Assembly (NCBI GenBank): GCA_043772475.1
Contig: JAYVGG010000255.1
Location: forward strand, 1-37,708
Reading direction: 5' to 3'
From: Burkholderiales bacterium
GTDB taxonomy: Bacteria; Pseudomonadota; Gammaproteobacteria; Burkholderiales; Usitatibacteraceae
DNA: 37,708 bases
Part shown: in pieces, positions 33,732 through 37,708 of the stretch
How positions within the stretch are numbered: position 1 is the first letter of the stretch
How the letters are laid out: each line of letters starts with the position of its first letter
Notes under the pieces: model-generated
Seen by the model: only the letters and a program-made list of their open reading frames with translations
Database searches by the model: none
Told to the model about the DNA's origin: nothing
Program-made: the position numbers and the translations under genes

Positions 33732-33988
33732 CAGATTTTTCCGCCCTGGGGCGCATCCCAATCACGCTCACGCTCAGGGTGAAACTCACGACCATGCGTC
33801 ATAAAGCTTGGGCTAAATAGGTCAAATATGTCGCCAATATTAGCTAATGTTTCCTGCGCGATAGGCCGCAGCACCAAGGTATTCCCGACCCGTTCTACGT
33901 CGATATCCTGCGCCTGATCGACAAAATTGAGCTCCTTAGGAATGCGAACGGCCAGAGAGTTACCGCTTTTGAAAACGCGTGTGAGCAT
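33731..33988 (-). CDS. vapB: AbrB/SpoVT-type antitoxin VapB (module 2)
   Basis: ATG at 33988 gives MLTRVFKSGNSLAVRIPKELNF, 85 aa. The listed ORF extends 15 codons further upstream into the operator region. Confidence 0.8.
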   Translation of the reverse strand: MLTRVFKSGNSLAVRIPKELNFVDQAQDIDVERVGNTLVLRPIAQETLANIGDIFDLFSPSFMTHGREFHPERERDWDAPQGGKI

Positions 33989-34015
33989 GATGGTGTGAGT
34001 TAGAATAAGAGTTGA

Positions 34016-34031
34016 AGTATATACAGTATAC
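34016..34031 (-). promoter_or_regulatory. Candidate vapBC-2 promoter/operator
   Basis: AGTATATACAGTATAC contains the palindromes GTATATAC and GTATAC. It lies 28 nt upstream of the vapB-2 start and shares the 9-mer AGTATATAC with the vapBC-1 site. Confidence 0.5.
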
Positions 34032-34092
34032 ACACTATCGGGCGGGTGAATTCCTGATAAGAATCAGCCTCGGGCGAGCCACATTCCTTGAC

Positions 34093-37000
34093 TCAACAAA
34101 TCTCAAGCAACGCCCCATCGCGCAGCACCACCGCACCCCGTATTGCCTTCTGCGGATACAGTGTCCGCACCGCCTCGCAGTAGCCTGCAATCTGCGCGCG
34201 ATCTTTTTCGGCGCCGACGTCCTCGCCCGATTTGTAATCGAGCACCCAGACTTCAGTTTCGAACTCCACCAGCCGGTCGATGCGTTCCATGCGCTGGAGG
34301 CTATCTGCTGTCGTCACCGCAAGGTCGAGCTCGTTATAGGCGGCGATGAAATGCTCGGGCTTAAAAAATTTCGCGAGCGCTCTGGCACTCAGAATTTTTT
34401 CAGCCATCTGAATCACCTCAGGCGCGAAGGCACCTGCACTGCCACGCGCGCGACGATGCGTGGGGGCGAGCGCCTCTAATGCTGCATGTAGCGCGATGCC
34501 GAAATCACGCGCGGGCGCAACGCCTGCGCGTACGCTGCGCGTGCCGATGGGAGTGGGCCAGATTTCGGCCTCACGTGGTGGGGTAGCGCGTGCCGCCTTC
34601 ACGACGGTAAGCGCTGTAGACGATTGCAACCACGTCGCATCCCCCCCTTCGCAGGCACCCATCATGCGCGTAAGCCACGACTCGGCCTCTAAATTTTTCG
34701 TGCGCTCGGTGCCGCTAAAAATGAGATATTGCTTCGCGCGCGTCGCCGCCACGTAGAGGAGATTAAGCTGCTCGCGCGCTTGGTAGGCGGCCTCGGCTTC
34801 GAGAATGCCTGCGCGCATAGTGCCGGTGGATTTCACCGTGCTCCAAAACGAAAAATGACGCGGACAAGCATCGGCTGGCTGCCAGTCGGTGAGTACCGTG
34901 TAGGTGTCGGTCTTACTCGGCACCGCATTGCTATCAATCACCCACACGATGGGCGCCTCTAACCCTTTGGCCGCGTGAATGGTCATGAGCCGCACGCCGC
35001 CACTATTGGGCTCTGCATCGTCAGTTTGATCTGCCTCCGCCGCCCCTTCGTCCGGCGCATCTTGGTCTGGCAGCGCGCGGTAGCGCTTGAGCTCATTCAA
35101 AAACCGCGTGAGGCTCGGGTAACGCCCGCTATCGACTTCGAGTGCTAAGCCCATAAACGCATTCAGATTCGCCACCACGCGCGCACGCATGATCTCGGGC
35201 ACAGCGGCGCGGTAGCGCGCGAGTAGATCGCGATCATGAAAAATCCGGTCGAGTAAATCATGCACGGGCAGGTAATCCATCCACGCGAGCCATTTCGCGA
35301 TGTGCGTGGCCGCCTCGGCCAGTGCGGGTACATCGGTAATGGTGGCTAAGCGCGCCCACCAGCCAAAGCTCTGATCGTCGACAAACCTAAGCGTTAATAA
35401 ATCTTCATCACTCACGCCAAACAGGGGCGAGCGCAGTATTTGCGCGAGGGCGAGATCGTTGTTTGGCGAGGCTAAAAACGTGAGCACGGCCACCATGTCG
35501 CTCACCTCAAGGGTGGCGAGTAGCCCGCCCGCGCTGGCACCCACGTAGGGGATGCGCGCCTCGCGTAGCGCGCGCTCGAAACGTGGCAGTGCCGTGCGCC
35601 GACGAAATAAAATCAGCACGTCATCAAAGCGGGCGCGGCGTGTGCGCTCGCCTTCGCTGATTTCAAGCGTGCCCACCATGGCCGCAATACCACGCGCCAG
35701 CGCATCGGCCTCGGCTCCGTAGCGGTCGTCATCGTCGTCTTCGAGTGCATCCATGAGTGGATTGCGCCAGATTGCGCGCGGCGCGGTGGCTATCACAACG
35801 GGAATCGGGAACGCAGGCAACACGGCCACCTGCCCCACGAGCGTCGTTTGCTCGGCGTGGTGCCGCATGAAATCAGCATAGTCGGGCTTCGCACCAAAGG
35901 CCGCATTCACCGCTGCCACCACCGGCGGCGCGTTACGGCGTGTGCTGTTGAGGGCGCACACCTGCGCGTGAAAATGCTCGACCAAATAATCACAAGCGAC
36001 ATCAAAAATCCGCGCGTCGGTGCGGCGAAAACGATAGATCGCCTGCTTGGTGTCGCCGACCATAAATACCGTTGGCTTGTCGTCGGGGGAAGCCGCCACA
36101 CTCGCCGAGAGCCACGCGGTCAAACACTGCCATTGAATCGGATTGGTATCTTGAAACTCATCAAGCAAGATATGCCGATAGCGCGAATCGAGCCGGTACT
36201 GCACCGTTTCCGCGTGGTCGCTTGAGGTCAAGAGCTGGTAGGCGCGCCATTCCAGATCGGCGAAATCAAGCGCGCGTTGCGATTCTTTTTGCGCTTCATA
36301 GGCTTCTAAGAGCGCAACACCAGCGTAAAGCGCCGCGTGATTAAGCGCATAAATTTCGCGGCGGGTGATCGTTTCGTCCACCTTCAGCATCGCGCCACAC
36401 ATCGCTGCAAATTCGTCGGCTACATTTGCCAGATCGGCCCATCGCGTTTGATCTTTGCGCGGGGCGTTTTTTTGCGTGAGAAAAATCGCGCGCACTTCGG
36501 CAAAGAGCGCGCCGTCATTGGCGATTTCGCTTTTCCAGATCGTTGTGATGTTGTCTGCCCAGTTTTTGGCAGGCGCGGTCGCGCTCGGGCTTTTCTTCAC
36601 CGCCATCACGATCGCGCGCAGGTTCGCCACCGTCGTGTCGGCTAATCGCCATGCGCGCACTGGGTCGGTCGAAAGATCAATCGCCCACTCTTCCCGCCAG
36701 CGCGCGAGTGCTTGCTCTATCGCCTCCTCATCCGTCGTTCCCTGGCCGACACCCGCGTAAGCGCGCCATTCGGCGCGGCGTTTGACGAATTGGAATAACA
36801 GTAACCGCGTGTTGTGCAGGCCGATGGTTGAAAAAAGCGCGTGCAGTGAAGTCGCGGGGGCACCTTCGGTTTCGTGATTCAATTTTTCGGCGAGCTGTAA
36901 CCATGCGTCATTGAGTAGCGACGATTCGCTCTCGGCAATGGTGGCGCTCATCGCCCCTTCGCCCATCGGGGCCGCCGAAATAATCTGCTGAAACCAGCCG

Positions 37001-37383
37001 TGGAAAGTGGAGACCGACATCGCCGGTGTGGCGAAGGCGACCTCGGCGAAAAGCGCACGCGCCTTGGGTAATGCCAAGACAATGTCCGCGTCACTCATCG
37101 CGCGTGCGCGCAAAAATTCACGCACACTTTCGTCCGGTGCAACGCTTAAAAACCGCAGCCATTCAAGCAGGCGCTCGCTCATTTCTTGCGCGGCCTTGCG
37201 GGTGAACGTGATGGCGAGAATCGAGGACGGTGGCGCACCGCTGAGTAGCAAACGCAACATTCGCGAGACCAAGAGCCACGTTTTCCCCGAGCCCGCGCAG
37301 GCCTCCACCACCACGCTTACGGCCGGGTTTAGGGCGACGTTTGTGATCTCGCCACGTGCCCGAAACACCGCGCCCTTACTCAT
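34093..37383 (-). CDS. addA: UvrD-type helicase with a C-terminal PD-(D/E)XK nuclease, AddA-like
   Basis: Start at ATG 37383 (MSKGAVFRARGE...). Walker A is ACAGSGKTWLL. Contains ILLDEFQDTNP, and a C-terminal nuclease motif (RIDRL...VWVLDYKSG). It overlaps the upstream addB-like ORF by 8 nt. Confidence 0.8.
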   Translation of the reverse strand: MSKGAVFRARGEITNVALNPAVSVVVEACAGSGKTWLLVSRMLRLLLSGAPPSSILAITFTRKAAQEMSERLLEWLRFLSVAPDESVREFLRARAMSDADIVLALPKARALFAEVAFATPAMSVSTFHGWFQQIISAAPMGEGAMSATIAESESSLLNDAWLQLAEKLNHETEGAPATSLHALFSTIGLHNTRLLLFQFVKRRAEWRAYAGVGQGTTDEEAIEQALARWREEWAIDLSTDPVRAWRLADTTVANLRAIVMAVKKSPSATAPAKNWADNITTIWKSEIANDGALFAEVRAIFLTQKNAPRKDQTRWADLANVADEFAAMCGAMLKVDETITRREIYALNHAALYAGVALLEAYEAQKESQRALDFADLEWRAYQLLTSSDHAETVQYRLDSRYRHILLDEFQDTNPIQWQCLTAWLSASVAASPDDKPTVFMVGDTKQAIYRFRRTDARIFDVACDYLVEHFHAQVCALNSTRRNAPPVVAAVNAAFGAKPDYADFMRHHAEQTTLVGQVAVLPAFPIPVVIATAPRAIWRNPLMDALEDDDDDRYGAEADALARGIAAMVGTLEISEGERTRRARFDDVLILFRRRTALPRFERALREARIPYVGASAGGLLATLEVSDMVAVLTFLASPNNDLALAQILRSPLFGVSDEDLLTLRFVDDQSFGWWARLATITDVPALAEAATHIAKWLAWMDYLPVHDLLDRIFHDRDLLARYRAAVPEIMRARVVANLNAFMGLALEVDSGRYPSLTRFLNELKRYRALPDQDAPDEGAAEADQTDDAEPNSGGVRLMTIHAAKGLEAPIVWVIDSNAVPSKTDTYTVLTDWQPADACPRHFSFWSTVKSTGTMRAGILEAEAAYQAREQLNLLYVAATRAKQYLIFSGTERTKNLEAESWLTRMMGACEGGDATWLQSSTALTVVKAARATPPREAEIWPTPIGTRSVRAGVAPARDFGIALHAALEALAPTHRRARGSAGAFAPEVIQMAEKILSARALAKFFKPEHFIAAYNELDLAVTTADSLQRMERIDRLVEFETEVWVLDYKSGEDVGAEKDRAQIAGYCEAVRTLYPQKAIRGAVVLRDGALLEIC

Positions 37384-37708
37384 GTTTGGCCTCTTTTGTC
37401 GGCCAATAATCTTTGCGACAAAGCCCGCGCACCGCACAGCGCCCACAGATTTTTTCAACCCCTTGTGCCGGCATTGCCGCCCCCGCGTAGAGCCCGACAA
37501 ACATCGCCTCCAAGCGCGCCACACTGGCGGCACCGGCGGCCTGCGGCTCGGGATGGCGCACGGGCTTTACGTCGTCACGCACAATCGCGAGGTAGGCCGC
37601 CTCGGCCACCGTGCGCTCGGGGTGCTTGGCCTCGGCCAGTGCCGCGTACACCGCCAATTGCACATCTTCGCCGGGGTGTTTCAAGCCCGCTTGCAGGCCG
37701 CTACTCGC
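37376..37708 (-). CDS. addB: C-terminal end of an AddB-like PD-(D/E)XK nuclease subunit (5' end beyond the right edge)
   Basis: The frame stays open to the window edge, and the M of the listed ORF is an internal TTG codon. The C-terminal Cys cluster CGRCAVRGLC fits the AddB Fe-S/nuclease tail. The gene sits directly upstream of addA. Confidence 0.6.
   Translation of the reverse strand, partial: ASSGLQAGLKHPGEDVQLAVYAALAEAKHPERTVAEAAYLAIVRDDVKPVRHPEPQAAGAASVARLEAMFVGLYAGAAMPAQGVEKICGRCAVRGLCRKDYWPTKEAKHE

Noticed and set aside
31459-34092. Calling the islet a mobile element, integron or prophage remnant
   Set aside because: No integrase, transposase, terminal inverted repeats or tRNA target could be recognised. 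Only a direct repeat of a host gene fragment is present. It is therefore reported as an accessory islet.
1-37708. Search for tRNA, rRNA, tmRNA, riboswitch-like leaders, IS elements and classic defence systems (restriction-modification, CBASS, Cas, abortive-infection ATPases)
   Set aside because: By eye I recognised no cloverleaf-like or rRNA-like segments and no transposase, integrase or defence-gene motifs. The only toxin-type genes are the two vapBC pairs. A computational scan (tRNAscan-SE, Infernal, DefenseFinder, PADLOC) would be needed to exclude small or novel elements.

Overview
High-GC proteobacterial chromosomal window. The gene content (a Bug/TctC binding protein, several TAT-exported redox enzymes) suggests a Burkholderiales-like betaproteobacterium, but that is inference. 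I support 34 CDS, two of them truncated by the window edges, plus one gene fragment. No rRNA, tRNA, CRISPR array, transposase or integrase was recognised. Layout: (1) 1-6860, minus strand: a three-gene operon. It encodes a TPR plus beta-barrel outer-membrane protein that looks like a Slam/DUF560 (type XI secretion) translocator, a secreted FecR-domain protein carrying two TbpB/hemophilin-like barrel modules, and a giant repeat adhesin that runs off the left edge. The adhesin is absent from the ORF track because it has no stop codon in the window. This operon is my best candidate for an undescribed system. (2) 7128-22899: metabolic genes. These are an enoyl-CoA hydratase, an IorAB-like molybdenum hydroxylase, a SEC-C/YkgJ zinc protein, an MFS transporter, a cytochrome c, a TAT-signal thiamine-diphosphate enzyme, TctC, two tandem MmgE/PrpD paralogs, an SDR, an LD-carboxypeptidase, RidA and a D-Ser dehydratase/D-Thr aldolase-like enzyme. 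(3) 23390-26596: a 1068-aa secreted protein with a CBM-like region, a GH44-like domain, an Ig-like domain and a beta-helix. (4) 26885-31442: housekeeping genes, namely a RIO-like kinase, an acyl desaturase, rpmG, rpmB, radC, dut and a DUF192 gene. The rpmG 3' end including its stop codon is tandemly triplicated. (5) 31459-34092: a lower-GC accessory islet. It holds a Ser/Thr/Lys-rich 20-aa-repeat secreted protein, a 97-nt long hairpin, a duplicated 3' fragment of the DUF192 gene, and two tandem vapBC modules that share an operator 9-mer. (6) 34093-37708: addA and the 3' end of addB. Several REP-like palindromic elements lie in intergenic regions. All functional calls come from reading motifs in the translations. 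No database search was possible.
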